A DNA stretch of 64,000 nucleotides, from assembly GCA_040954595.2 (NCBI GenBank), contig CM082595.2, forward strand, positions 7,244,193 through 7,308,192, read 5' to 3'. The position numbers and the translations under genes were made by a program. Of this stretch, positions 1 through 13,320 are shown piece after piece. Origin of the DNA: Balanoglossus misakiensis. Lineage: Eukaryota; Animalia; Hemichordata. The first letter of the stretch is position 1, and every line of letters starts with the position of its first letter. Under the pieces are notes generated by a model. It had not been told where the DNA came from. It saw only the letters and a program-made list of their open reading frames with translations, and made no database searches.

Positions 1-178
1 CACACTAAACTAAACCGGGAACACCAGAGTCCATGAAGAAAATGGATTGAAACAGAAATAACACTCTATGGTAAGTCGTTCACTCAACTACAAACTCCTT
101 TCAAATCATGCCTACAGATTGAATACATGATATTGCTGACTGTATTCAAGTCTTCGCCAGTTTGAATAGTGAACTTAC

Positions 179-2978
179 GTCATACAATATTCCTCCAATC
201 AGAGGTCCACTTGTTAAGCCCGCTCCAAAGAACATCATTGTAATTCCCTGTAAGACGATAAAAAACATTCAGTGTCAGAAATGACAAGGATAATTGGTAA
301 AAGTATTTGATTTTGATATTTATTAATATGGGAATTAAACGAATCTGGATGTTTCTGATTTTCCTGACTTTGTCCGTCTATTTTCCCTGCACGTCAATAG
401 GAATGTGACGTTCGAATAGTATAAAGGTAGCACTAGTTTGGCAGGTAATCCTTGACACTCCATTCATGACAATGCTATGATAAAAAGAAGATCTATTCTA
501 CTAAATTATTCCATTTCACTCTGTCAATGTGCATGCTGGAAATTGGACAATGATGACTGAGTGTCGTGCCGTTATATGGCGCCCTCACCGGGAAGATTTG
601 GAAAGGCACGTCAAAGTCCTTTGTAGGACATGTGTACTCGTCAGCAAGAGATGTTGCCAGAGGGATTGTATAATGATGAAGTCTATAGTGGTGTTTATCA
701 ACTTTCACTTGTGGGTAGCTGTAGAAGATCTGACAGTTTATGTCTCAGTCAAATTATTGGAATTACAGATCTTGATAAACCGTATACGTACCAAGACAAC
801 CCCTTGAACGCTGACTGGATACTGGTGGAATATGATTGCCATGGAGGCGTTAATACTGACAATACAAAAGAACGCTTCAGCGATTCGTATGATGAAGGCC
901 AAAGCTGTGAATAACTCGTAGTCGTCCGGATCCACTTTATCGAGGAACCTGAAAATTAATTCATCAAAATTGGTCAAATTGAGAGGACATGATGGTGTGA
1001 ATTTAAGTTTGCGTCGATGAATAAGTATAACATTTCGTATAAATTTCCACAGTAGGCAGGGCCAACTTCTTAGTCCGGACAATCCGTCGTTTGAGGGCGC
1101 TCTCTGCGTTTCTCCTCTGCTTGGGGAGGGGCCAGAGAACGCACTGTACAAAGTCAACCCCAATAAAAAATATTTCCAAGTGAACTGTCATCTCACCCGT
1201 AACACAGGGTTGTAAATCCCGCGCCGAACATCCCGAACAGATAGCCAAATCTTGCGCCGAGCTTGGGAACCTGAGAGGGGAAAAGTATTGAGTAAACATT
1301 GTGTTGTTGTTTGCGTCAGTGATGATGTTATTGACTAGCTTTGTCAGTGCATACTCTGTTTTGGTTGACAATCCCGTTATCCAAATATTAAGCTTTCACA
1401 TAAAAATGAGCAACACGTTACTTCATCGTTTATTCTAGAGCTCCTCTGGTACCAGCATGTGTAGACATACTTTAATTTGCATTTGAATGCCCTCTGCGTT
1501 GTAAGTGTTAATCACCACACTAACTGTGCATTAATTGGCTGCTGGCGTACAACACCAGGGTCATACTGTAAAACGGGTTCTTTTCGCGACAGGAAATTTT
1601 TCGCGATATCAGAAGAGGCAACTGTTACGCGAGGAATAATTTTTGCGTTCTAGTATTTCACTAACTGCATCGTTATCTGCGAATACATTTTACGCGACTT
1701 TTTATATTCACATTTTTTTGGCTCTCGCGCATTTCGCGAAAATTTATTGCTCGCGAAAATAACCCATTTTACAGTACACAACAAAGCACCGTCGCGCAAT
1801 TAGAATACGTGAATAATGATGATAGGGACTGCAGACAGAGGGGAGTGCATTCGCTGTGGCCCATGTCACGTGACTATGCTATGCAGTAAATCACACCAAG
1901 TGCACATATTTCCATTCAAGTCTCTCACCGATCAAGGCGAAACATGAGGCTACACTCTCATGTACCCAATTTCGATCCGATGCAGTACATGCATTTTGAA
2001 CACCGCTGTAACGGCGTATGAGTTATGGTGAAAACCATGCATTTAAGTTGAACCACAGGCAATGATTGTCACGGGTGCTGCTAGGTTGACTGGTGTGTTC
2101 GCAGCCCTACCTCCACACACCAGTCAACCTAGCAGCACCCGCTACAACCATTGCAGCTACAGGCCATGGAGCTCTCCATGCACAGGCTGACATTTCCTCC
2201 ACAAACTTAGAAATTTTTGGTCGACAACTTACCAGTCTTCCAGACAACGGTGACAAAATGACGCACGTGATCGAGTAACTACTGAATATAAAACCGATGA
2301 CTGTATCCGACACACCATGTCTGATTGCCTTGAAGAGAGAACAAAATCAAAGAAATTCTGGTCAGGCAGACTCTAGCTAGAATATCTCTGGTTTCGTGAT
2401 TTTATCGGCTACATCGCACATGCATTTTATTGGCTTGGGTTCGTTATGTACAATGCATGATGGGTAATGTTACGAAAAGATGAAAATCACGCTACGTGTT
2501 TATCTTATACAACTTGCCGAAGATGGTTCACCGCATTCTGATTATTTCCTTAGATCTATAATTTTCTACACAAAGCATTCGAGCGAGCGGACGTTATCAA
2601 ACCATGCTCCAGAACGGATTTGCACAATCATACGAAATGGTGGTACATATTCACGTATAAAAACGACAATGCAGAGTCAAAATTGAGCCCCCCCCCCCCC
2701 CAACTTGAAAGAAAGGTAAACATTCAGTGACAAAACGTGTAAATGATATTTACCTCGCCCGGGAAGAACGGCGATATCATGGAATACGCCGTGTAGTAGA
2801 AATATCTGCTGATGCACAAACCGACCAAGAGAACTTTCAGTTTTGTGGACATCGTCCTCAACGTGATAACCTCTTCCTTTATTTCCATCTCTTCGTCCAT
2901 ATTTATACTTCCTTTGCCATTTGCCGGTGGATCGAATGGGTTGCTCTCGTTGCTGGAGTGAAACGCTCCTTCTACCAT
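179..2978 (-). CDS. MFS-type transporter, SLC18B1-like (5' exons; gene continues past the left edge)
   Basis: Phase-compatible GT-AG exons at 2978-2754 (M...YTAYSMISPFFPGE), 2328-2233 (AIRHGVSDTVIGFIFSSYS...GRL), 1270-1197 (VPKLGARFGYLFGMFGAGFTTLCYG), 948-792 (FLDKVDP...IIRIAEA...), 247-179 (GITMMFFGAGLTSGPLIGGILYD). PFFP-E and GP-IGG-LY motifs are typical of SLC18B1-like MFS proteins. Confidence 0.85.
1566..1774. mobile_element. MITE with TA target duplication (Tc1/mariner-type)
   Basis: TA|CTGTAAAACGGGTTCTTTTCGCGA ... TCGCGAAAATAACCCATTTTACAG|TA. Confidence 0.7.
2062..2159. mobile_element. Internally deleted copy of the TAGCTGCAA...TTGCAGCTA element family
   Basis: Palindrome GGGTGCTGCTAGGTTGACTGGTGTG...CACACCAGTCAACCTAGCAGCACCC with the same termini as the 56821-57557 element. 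Confidence 0.65.
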
Positions 2979-3713
2979 TGTGGTCCTGTGGTGATCGTTT
3001 TACTGCGATGTAGAATACCTGGGACCCTGTATTTTTTCACAACCTAGGGCGATCAGAAAGTTTTTGTGTTTATGAAACAAGTTCAATTTACAATAAACGA
3101 GATGGAATCAAATCAAAAGTTTGTGAAGCTGTCTATACCAAAGTGATGCTATAACACTTGTAAATGAAGACACGGCAATTTTAGTCCCAGAACCAGGCAA
3201 ACTGTGACACGTGTCTGTGTATGGAGCCACTGCCCAGCACGTAGCCCTTTGCCCGTGTCCCGAAGTTCCCGGTGTTTAGTTGTGATAATCAAGACTGTAC
3301 TTATAGTTCGTGAATTTTAGTACAGATCCCGGCGTGTCTCGCTCGAGGGTCTTGGTTTTAGGCGACGTTCGTTGCATTTGTATGTGACCAGATGGATGTT
3401 GCAAAAAATTAATAAAAGTCAGTTTGATTCCATAACACCCCGTAATAAACAAACATCACCAGTAGACAGTGACGTCGTCAAAGAAAATGATGATGAACCA
3501 CTACATCAATGGACGGACAAAGGTCACGTAGATTCATTTACCGCCATCAGTTGTAAACCAATTATTGACAATTAATACGAATAATACCCCGAAACCGACG
3601 AAGCTCTATTTTAAGAAATTCGATTCATCGGTGTACCCGCTGATACGTAAAATTAAATATTTATGAAGTTTTAAAGCGCTGATTTACGTTGTATGTGAGT
3701 ACAATGTATCCCA

Positions 3714-3836
3714 TAGTCTCCTTGATCACGTTGTAGAACTTCAGGGAGAAGGGGGAGATATGTACGCGGAAAAAACAACCAGGCCAGTCATATCTCCTTC
3801 TTCTCCCTGAAGTTCCACAACATGATCAAGGAGACA
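3714..3836. mobile_element. Short palindromic element (TAGTCTCCTTGATC...GATCAAGGAGAC)
   Basis: About 50-bp imperfect inverted arms; no clear TSD. Confidence 0.55.
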
Positions 3837-4876
3837 TTTGTTTCTCTGAGCCAAAAATGAGTTCAAGTTTCACCCCGGAAATGTAAATTTCTAACAAGTG
3901 TGAAATGCCGCCTGGTTTCATGGAATTTCTTTGTCAATGAATAGTTCCACCTGTTCTAGAAATCTACTTACGCCGCACTGAATTGGTATAGATTGGCGCA
4001 AATAACGTGTCGGGACACGTAACATGTGGACCGTCCCTGCACTTTTCATACTAAAAGCAACATCATTTTTTACAGGGGGTTCGAACTACTGATAACCGTG
4101 GCATAGTGTTGCGCAAATTGAATCAATCCACGTACGGCAGAAGTGCCGTGGCCACTGGCAGAAAAGTCTATTTGTGTGTTTGTCCAGTTTTTTTCCCCAC
4201 GCGAGTGACGATTATGTTATCAGTAATAACACGTTGCTGTGAAGTTTTTTCGGTTGACGTGGAGATATTTCCGTAAAGGTTTTGTCGATATTGTCTGTGA
4301 CAACCAAATATCCAACTTGTGTGCCTGTACATCTGCCAGGATGAAATGTAGGCCACTTCGTGCCCCGCGAATACAATCTGAAGAGACGTAAAGTGTACTC
4401 ACCCAGCAAGGCAATGATTAAAAGAACAGTTGATTATTAGTATTTCGCCGGTCGGATACACTGTCATCAACGCGCCAGTAAACTGCCGTACTCAACCTCC
4501 CGTTTGGATTTCCCCTGCCCACAGTTGCTCCGCTGTTGCCAGGACGCCGTCAAGAAGTGAAATGGACAAGCACTGAACTGCCTCCAAGTGATAACGAACC
4601 AATTTATACCCACGAAGACCAGCGGGTAGGGGAGGCAAAGTGCGGGCGTATTCAACTTTCCCCTGTATTTGTGATTGCCGTCTTTGCCCGCATGTCGCTC
4701 TTGGCATGTCCCTTCCGACATTGAATCCATTTGATCATTGCCAATTATGTGTTAATTAGGTATAGCGATCCGAACATAGAGACAACCCCTTGACTGACAA
4801 TGGGGAAATGTGTTAATACCGCCATCTTATAGGCAACCCTTTGATCTTAGTCCACAGCGTCCAACACATGCACTTA

Positions 4877-5173
4877 GGCCAAAATAAAAAAATATTTGCT
4901 GTTCCGATTACCCGACCTACCCTAATTTCAACCCACCGAACCTAAACGTTTTAGAGCTTCGTATACCCGGAAGTAAAAATAAAGATGTCAAATATACAAG
5001 CTTTATACAAATTGCGCGAATCACGCAAGAACTATGACGAAATCGCGCGCATTACGCAAGAACTATGACGCCATTATACTGGCAGAGAAATAAAAAATGC
5101 TAAATAAAAAATTCCCTACCTACCTAACCTATTTATGAAAACCATGTAATCTGAATAGATTATTTTTTTGGCC
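4877..5173. mobile_element. PIF/Harbinger-type (Tourist-like) MITE
   Basis: TTA|GGCCAAAA...TTTTGGCC|TTA. Partial copies at about 20504-20540 and 25110-25265. Confidence 0.7.
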
Positions 5174-7840
5174 TTACTATACTGATCAATCACAGCATAC
5201 ATACAACATAGAAATCTTACGTATGCTTGTTTTGTTTTAAAAATGACGAAACTGTTTGCGTTCCTATCTTTCTTCCATATCTCCCTGTGAGTTTGCAATG
5301 GAATAAATGGTTAGTTAAATTCGTTATTTTTGTCGTCTGCAGAATTCATGGAAGTATAAAGCTACACCATAGAGAACTTACACTTTCTATTTTTAATGGA
5401 AATATACTAGTAGGTCTTACCACGCGAATCGCCGTTATTCTAATTTGGATAAAGCGTATTATAAAAGATTACGTCACATTAATTTGCATTGATATGCGTC
5501 TTACACGTCATTAACAATTGTGTCGCGTCAGTGACCATTATAGCAGGACAATAGGTCTATTGTTGTAAGTTCACGCTTTTGACTTCCGCACGCGACCTAT
5601 GGAGTGGCTATGACCATAGACCCTACGACCAGTCACGCCGTAGGATTTTAGTGACAAAGCTGGACTCAACTGAGTAACGACATGTACGCTTGTGCAGGAA
5701 TCCTTTGAAAAAGGTTCAGACTTTTCGGAGGAACTGTAAAGCTTCAGAAACAGAGCGATCTGTATGTATTTCACTTCAGGGATTTGTGACAATAGTGCGA
5801 CACCGAAGACAGACAACGCTCATATCCCTACTACTATGGCTGCGCCGTCTCCCTATACAAGCCGACTGGTCGCTTGATGATTGTTTGTCTTCAAAAGATT
5901 CTCAATATTTTACGTGCATATTTACCTCCGTACCAAAAATGCCATTACTGTACTTAGTTATTTCATTGAGTGTTGGGCACAGATTGGTAGCGCAGAATGG
6001 ATGCGCCATGGGCGAAGCGAAGATTGGGGCGCAGACTGTCAATTTCTGACCCCTCACATACCTAGAGAGCGTTGTCACATTATGCAGCTTTTCTCAAGTG
6101 AGAATTTTCCATTCAACGTTGAATCGACGATACAATTAGAAGCGTGGCAAGTGCACCTTCCCGCTAGTTCGATAATGCGGGGTGTGCACACAGTCACATG
6201 GGCGATCAGACAATAGGCGTCGATAACGAGATCGACCACTAAACAATAAACTCGCTTGACTAGGCCACACTTTCTATTGACTGGGTCGACCATGACTAGA
6301 CTGCGTTAGAAACAATATACATGTATTGCATAAAATGACGCCGTTCGAAATCAACTCTAAGACACCCCTGGCACGTGGCCCAGTGTTTTGCGTACGCTTG
6401 CAGTATCCTACTAAAAGGTTACAAGCCTCTTGTATTTTTGCCATCCTTACAATTTTAAAAGTTCAACCTGGACCACTCTGGGGCGTTTCTTTGTTACTCA
6501 GTGGTTTTATCATAGACAGTGGAGGGGTAAATATATTATGCATCACACGTGTTGTGGTATTATGATTTGTTTCGGATCTGTGTTGACTGTGTTATTTGAT
6601 GGATGGATGTGTTTTATGTCTTTACCAAAAGTTACGTTTAATCTATTTTTTCTCGTATAATGGATCAGTCTCAATTCACGGTTACCATGGTCAATTGTAC
6701 TAAATTTCAGTGTGCTGCTGTCTATGGTTTTATCTTGTGGTAGCAGCGCATGCGCAGCCACACGGACAAGCTACTCCATATTACATTTACTCTGTAAGTT
6801 TACCTCCGCGTAATAAGACGTGATTAAATTCTCTCTCTCACATTTTCTAAACTAGACGGATTTTCGTCCATCAATTTCTCAAAATAAGGCGATTTTTATT
6901 GGTCAGTCAAAATGTGTTTACTGATCGTCTTTTCGCTGTTCCAATTATATAGTTTACTTCCGACAGGTCATTCTGTCATTACTCTAATTATACAAGCAAT
7001 ACTACATGACGAGTGACAACATTTCTGTCATGTCTGATATGAAGTCTTGCCAAAATATGTGGAGTTGTTCCACTATTTGTTATCGGGTTTAAATTGACTC
7101 TCATCTCTACATCTGTACAACACACGCCATTTACCTATAGTCGAGGCTTTTGACCCCACCCTTAGTAAATGATCAATCATAGTCCCCTCGCACGCATCGT
7201 TCGCTCGCCAGCAGTCTCACCAGCGACCTTGTGATCGAAGATGACGTAAAATTGTTTACTACGAACAATTTTCTGTCTGTACAATCAAGTGAACACCAAT
7301 CCCCTTAAGCTTGACCGAGATGTCCTATTTTCGATCGGGTCAGGCACGAAAATGCGATTTATTGTTGGAATGTCACGAAGAGGGGGTGTATTGAATTTCT
7401 GCGGAATGAGCATGGATAAAAATTTACCCCTGAGACTGTTATCATCACTATGAGGAAAGGCAGAACACATATCCTATCTCTGGATTGAAACCTTGTTGGG
7501 GTGAGCTGCAGCACCGATGATACGGACCAGTTCACATCCGTATTTTTTGCTCGGCCACGTACTTTGCTAGGACAAGCCTGTTTTGTTGTGATGTGAACGG
7601 CCTATATGTAGTACAGACGGCAGACATATTAGATAAACACAACAGAAAAATCAGTGGTGGCGATATCACAAGTTTGACCCTGATTAGTGGCGGACAAGGT
7701 CGCACATTTACGTGACTGCCCGACCTGATGGACAATAAGAAACCGTAGAGTACACCGTCAGCACTCGTGTAAATGCTCCCGGGACGTCCAGCTCGCACGA
7801 TTTCGCAATGGGATTCTGTCATATTATATTACATACATCA

Positions 7841-8187
7841 AGGGGCAAAAGTCTCTCTCTCTCGCTCCCCCTTTTCCATTTATTATGTTTGATAAAATAC
7901 GTACACCGTTTATGTTATTCTGCATGTGGATATATAGTGAATCCACGTTTGACAACTGTCATCCCGCTTGAATGATATGAGAGTAAAATCTCATCCAAAA
8001 TGAATAAATGGCAGAGACATATTATTTATTTTGGCGAGTTTTTCACTCTCGTGTCTACAAGTGGGATGGAAGGTGTGTGTGGTCGAACGTTGATTCACTG
8101 TATATCCACATGTAGAATAACATAAACGGTGTCTTGTATCAAACATAATTAATGGAAAACGGACAGCGAGAGGGAGACTTTGTCCCT
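7841..8187. mobile_element. Kolobok-type palindromic MITE (AGGGACAAAGTCTCTC family), degenerate
   Basis: Same sequence as 11924-12270; right end GTCCCT|TTAA. Confidence 0.65.
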
Positions 8188-9169
8188 TTAACAAATCGCC
8201 TTGTGTAATAATCTTTTCATCTGTTTTGAAATTTTCCGTTTGGGCCAAGTCTATTAATATTCATGACATGTATTCACTCAGTAAGTTTACCTGCACATTT
8301 ATTAGAATTTATAACATTCTCCCTCTCCTAAAATTTTTTCCGGAAGTTAAAACAACACACACCATTCACATATTGTCCAGTACTTTGACCCCCATCTTCA
8401 GTACACTGTAAACATTTAATCATATTCCACTCGCACGGGTCGTTCACTCGACCGTAGTCACGTCACACCAGCGACCTTGACGGGCGAAGATGACGTAAAA
8501 TACTTTACGAGAAACAATTTTCTGTCCGTACAATCCAGTGAACACTCATCGATGGGGCGGAAGGTACAGGTAAAGAATGTTTTAATTGGTAAAAGCTGAC
8601 AGATTTCTGACATAATTATAAATCCGTTTTAATTACGGGGACATGATAATCCGAATGTCTGTTGATGGCCTTTAGTGCCATTGCTTTTACAGAGTTTAAA
8701 AATTAGTTAGTTATTCAATATGGCGGTGCAAATGCTGTAATATCTCATTACAAACAAAAGAAGTCCACAAGCAATGTATAATACCACAGCACTTGAACGG
8801 CAGGACTATTCATTTACAGGTACGATTGAATGAGACAAAATATCACAACTTAAACGTGCAACTAACAGAGAATGATATATCGCCAAATGAATTCGTTTGA
8901 ATGCATCAAAATAAGGAAAGATTTCTCTTCTCCTGACCTTTGAGGTGGACGAAGATTAGATGTCTAAAACTTTAGAGGAATCCGCCTTTTTGAGAAAGAG
9001 AGATTTTCCCAATGGTTTGTACACGATGTCTGCGCAGTGAACAAATTTCATCCCTACAAAACCGACAATGGCGATCGCCGTTAATCGGCAAGACATGGTT
9101 GATAGTTGTGGTCGGTGCCGTAGGACAAAAATGCTAGGCGCGAGTTTTAGACTAAAAGACAAACATTAA

Positions 9170-9517
9170 AGGAACATTAGCTGTATTTTTGGTTTTATTT
9201 ACAGTATTTTTGGTCTGTGTATCAAATACAATTTTTTTCTCTACTCCAAACAGCATGTTATGTACCCAGTATTCTGCTTGTTAACATATAATGTATGTGT
9301 GTAACGGCCATTGTTATTATTAACAAATTAATTATATAGTCCGGACTTGAATTCAAATCTTGCACATTGAACAATGCTGACTATACACACATATGTTGTG
9401 TTGATAAGCTAAATTGTGGGCATTTCATCATGATTCAGGAATTTTATCAATAAACTGCAGTAGATACACAAAAGAAATATACTGAAAACATAGCGAAAAG
9501 TTACAGCTAATGGAGCT
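9170..9517. mobile_element. Kolobok-type MITE, second family
   Basis: TTAA|AGGAACATTAGCTGTA ... TACAGCTAATGGAGCT. Confidence 0.5.
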
Positions 9518-9702
9518 TTCCAACTTTGATGCGATCACAACCAAAGATCCTGAACACTGTCAAACGCAAGACCACTCTTACTAGTTCAAAGCCGTTCACT
9601 CACCCCCCCCTAACATCACGCGTCTGTGCGAGAACTCAATCAGTGTTTGTTAAGCATAGCACGGGTAGATAGTCTAGTAAATCTACGAGATTTGGGCACC
9701 TT

Positions 9703-11093
9703 ACCCACCACAAATTGCAACATAATTTTTTTTCAGAATATATTTCGGAGAGGTGTCTAGAACAACATATCAAAAATGCACCCGAATCCACCTTGTGGAA
9801 CTATGTCTAATTTGCATAAATTTAATATTGAAAATTTTGGGCCAAATATCAAGAAATAAACATTATTTTTCCATGATTTTAAAGTTTAAAAATATTTCAT
9901 GTGCATGAAGAACCATTTTGGAATAATATTTGACATGGGCAGTTTTCATAATTTGCATAAATTCAATATGGTGAACAGTATTCCTAAAAAAACATATTTG
10001 GGCAGTATATCGGGTAATACGCAAGCAATTCTAGTGTTTTTTTTAATTCAAAACTACCTCTATGACATTTGGAACAATTTTGAAAAAAATTGTTTACATT
10101 TGCACTTTATATTGTGCATAAATCCAATATGGCCGTCAAATGAATGTTTGACAGTTTATCATACTCTGACATATATAATAAGGTTCTAGCATAGAATATA
10201 TGTTGTAGCACTAGGAATGAGTAATGAAGCAAATATAAAACTCTCTTTCATTAATATGTAAAACGAAAATATAACAGCAATGCAACAGATAATTATAATC
10301 ACATAACTTCTTTAAACCTGTATAGTAATCAGTCTAACGATATACTTCCTATAGTATTAAAATGTCAATTAAATGACGATTGTAGATTATTACTTTAACT
10401 TGTAAGTCGTACTTTATCCCCGAAAATAATTTTAAAATCATATATCTTAAAAATCAGCTGAAAACTAACACCTGTTAAATAAACTGAGATGTTACCTTAC
10501 TATTTTTTTACTCCATTAGCTGTAACTTGGACCTACTTTACAGTATATGCTTGAATCTGGAAGCATTTTCATTCTCTTTTGTATATAATCCTAATGCTAC
10601 AACATATTTTCTATGCCAGAACCTGCCGGAGTATGATAAGCTGTCGAATATTCATTTGGCGGCAATATTGGATTTATGCAAAATATAAAGTGTAAATGTA
10701 AACAAGATATTTTTAACATTGTTTCAAATGTCATAGAGGTAATTTTGAATTAAAAACACTAAAATAGCTTACTACGTATCCAATATATAGCCCAAATATG
10801 TTTTTTAGGAATACTGTCTGCCATATTGAATTTATGTAAATTATGAAAACTGCCCATGTCAAATATTATTCCAAAATGTTTTGTCATGAACATGAAATAG
10901 TTTTTTAAACTTTAAAATCATGGAAAAAAGCGTTTATTTCTTGATATTTGGCCCCAAAATCTCTAATATTAAATTTATGCAAATTAGACATATTTCCACA
11001 AGGTGGATTCGGGTGCATTTTTAATATGTTGTTCTAGACACCTCTCCAAAGTATATTCTGAAGAAAAAAATCCTGTTGCAATTTGTGGTGGGT
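9703..11093. mobile_element. Foldback element with about 500-bp inverted arms
   Basis: ACCCACCACAAATTGCAACA...CCCGAATCCACCTTGTGGAA is mirrored by TTCCACAAGGTGGATTCGGG...TGTTGCAATTTGTGGTGGGT. Arms are about 9703-10215 and 10590-11093. Confidence 0.8.
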
Positions 11094-11739
11094 CTAGCTC
11101 CAGAAATACTCACGCACTCTAAATATGGAGACAATCACAACAATAAGTTTCATATCACATTGTCAAGTGAATGTTAGTTTGAAGTGGCAACACATGTTTT
11201 TCTTGATATATAATCTTTCTTTCCCTGTTGCTATGCATTCTCGGGGCAAATATAACTATGTATGAGTGGGAATCATGTCGAAAGTCGAAAATATGTCTGA
11301 AGGTATAGACACTACAATCCGTAGCACATTGCGACTAAACAATAAGCCAATTTTCACTTTAAAAACACCTGAAATGGCCGAGATTTCGATTTCTAAAGGT
11401 TTTCTATAGCTCTAGAGTTAGTTTTAGGCCTACCAGTCGGTCAAAGCTAATAATTTGCACAAAATAACTGAAACACCACGTCTCTGGGGCCTGGGAGTCT
11501 GTCTCAGGAGGACCTTGAGTACGTCTGTACAGCGGTAGGCATATCTCTGCTACAATTGGTCTCGACACTAGACTTGTCCACAACCTGCATAAATACCACG
11601 TGTGTGTCTTTAGATATATCGTTCTAACAAACCAGTCTGAAACTCGTGTATATTTGAAGACGAAGATTGCCATACACCCAATGCAATATTTCAAAGAAGG
11701 GGTGAATGATTTTTTTAATTGTTAACTTTTTTCACCTTT

Positions 11740-13320
11740 AAGGCCCGCATGAGAAACAAAACATTGGCAAAAACTCTGCTGGTTGACAAAGCCTAATTGG
11801 CATGCCAAATGACAGATGTAAAAAGGTGCACGAGTTGATTGACAACTTTGTAAAACGCAAGAGAATTTTGTCAAACAAGGTACTTGAAAAAGAGCATCAC
11901 AAGGGTGGTGTTAAACACATTAAAGGGACAAAGTCTCTCTCCAGCTGCCCCTTTTCCATTAATTATGTTTGATACAAGACACTGGTTATGTTAATGTAAA
12001 TGTGGATATATAGTGAATCAATGATCAACCACACAAAACTTCCATCCCGTTTGTATGATATGAGAGTAAAAACTCGCCCAAAATGAATAAAAGGTAAAGA
12101 ACGATTATTCATTTTGGCGAGTTTTTTCACTCTCCGGTCAATAAGAGGGATGGAAGTTGTGTGTTGTTTAACGTTCATTCACTAAATATCCACATGTAGA
12201 ATAACAAACGGTGTCTTGTATCAAATATAATTAATGGAAAAAAGGGCAGCGAGAGAGAGACTTTGTCCCTTTAATGTGATGTGTCAGGTGCAAGCATTGC
12301 AAGCAATGTGGGTCAAGCGATTGCTTGACTGTACAGATGCCACATGGACTGTAATACCACATTCATATTTCCGGCTAGATAATACCACCAGCTTATTATA
12401 TATAGAGCAGTAAGTTATTTGGAGTGAGGTTCCAGATCACGTTAAATGTCTTCTACCATGTAATCGTTCTAAACGCATGGTATAGCGTAAATCGCAGTTT
12501 TGCTAGTGTTGGCCATCAAACTGTGTTTGGTTGGTCTAGAAAATTCAGATGTTTTTATGCAATTTCACCTGTCAATGATTATGATCCACCACTTCGTAAG
12601 CTTACATGTAAGGCATTTTACTGTTCGCTTGTACAGTCATGTACAACATGCCCAAAAAACCCCACTCAATAAATGGTCTTAGAAGCTAAACATAGACGTA
12701 CATGAAACTATAAGTGACTGCAAAATCTGGGAAAATATTTATGTCGTCACAAAGGAAACGAAGTTGAGAGAATTTCAGTGGAAACTCTTACATCGACTAC
12801 TTCCTTGTAACAAGTATTTATTTTTTGGAAAAAAGTAGATTCTATGTACTGTAAGAGCTGTCGTCAAATTGACTCTCTTGAGCACAGATATTTATATTGT
12901 CAAATTGCCGAGAAATGCTGGAGGAAAATTGGTTTTATTGTAACCAGCCTCCTCAGTCGTAATACACATTTAACTGTATCCCATATTATTTTCACATGTA
13001 TTTCAAATGACACTGTCCCCAAAAAGTACCACAATTTTGTAAAACTGCTAATTTTTCTTGGTAAATGGAGCATACACAAATATTGGGTCACAGAAAGAAA
13101 GACACCTGTTGAAATAAGTTTATGTTAAGACATCATTTTGAAAAAGAAATTTACAAAAGAGATGACATGTTGAAATTTTTTTGATAAGGTCGACAATCTT
13201 ATGTAACCGATGTATAATTATACTTTCCTGTAATCTACTTTGTTTTGTACATTTTTTGTAATCACTTCTATTTGCATTTCTCTCTTTGGAACGAAATTTG
13301 TACAATAAAAGAAAAAAAAA
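11740..13320 (+). mobile_element. 5'-truncated L1/Tx1-clade LINE relic (ORF2 C-terminus, zf-RVT)
   Basis: Fragments KEHHKGGVKHINVMCQVQALQAMWVKRLL, KIWENIYVVTKETKLREFQWKLLHRLLPCN and CKSCRQIDSLEHRYLYC (CxxC...H...C) with stops and frameshifts. Ends in AATAAA plus an A-tail at about 13304-13320. Left boundary approximate. Confidence 0.85.
11924..12270. mobile_element. Kolobok-type palindromic MITE inserted in the LINE
   Basis: TTAA|AGGGACAAAGTCTCTCT...AGAGAGACTTTGTCCCT|TTAA. Further partial copies at about 15090-15212, 16598-16790 and 51710-51900. Confidence 0.85.

Noticed and set aside
4400-4730. Possible extra exon with a GTGAGT donor on the minus strand
   Set aside because: The hydrophobic frame is blocked by stops. 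At most a 5' UTR exon of the transporter, which cannot be supported without RNA data.
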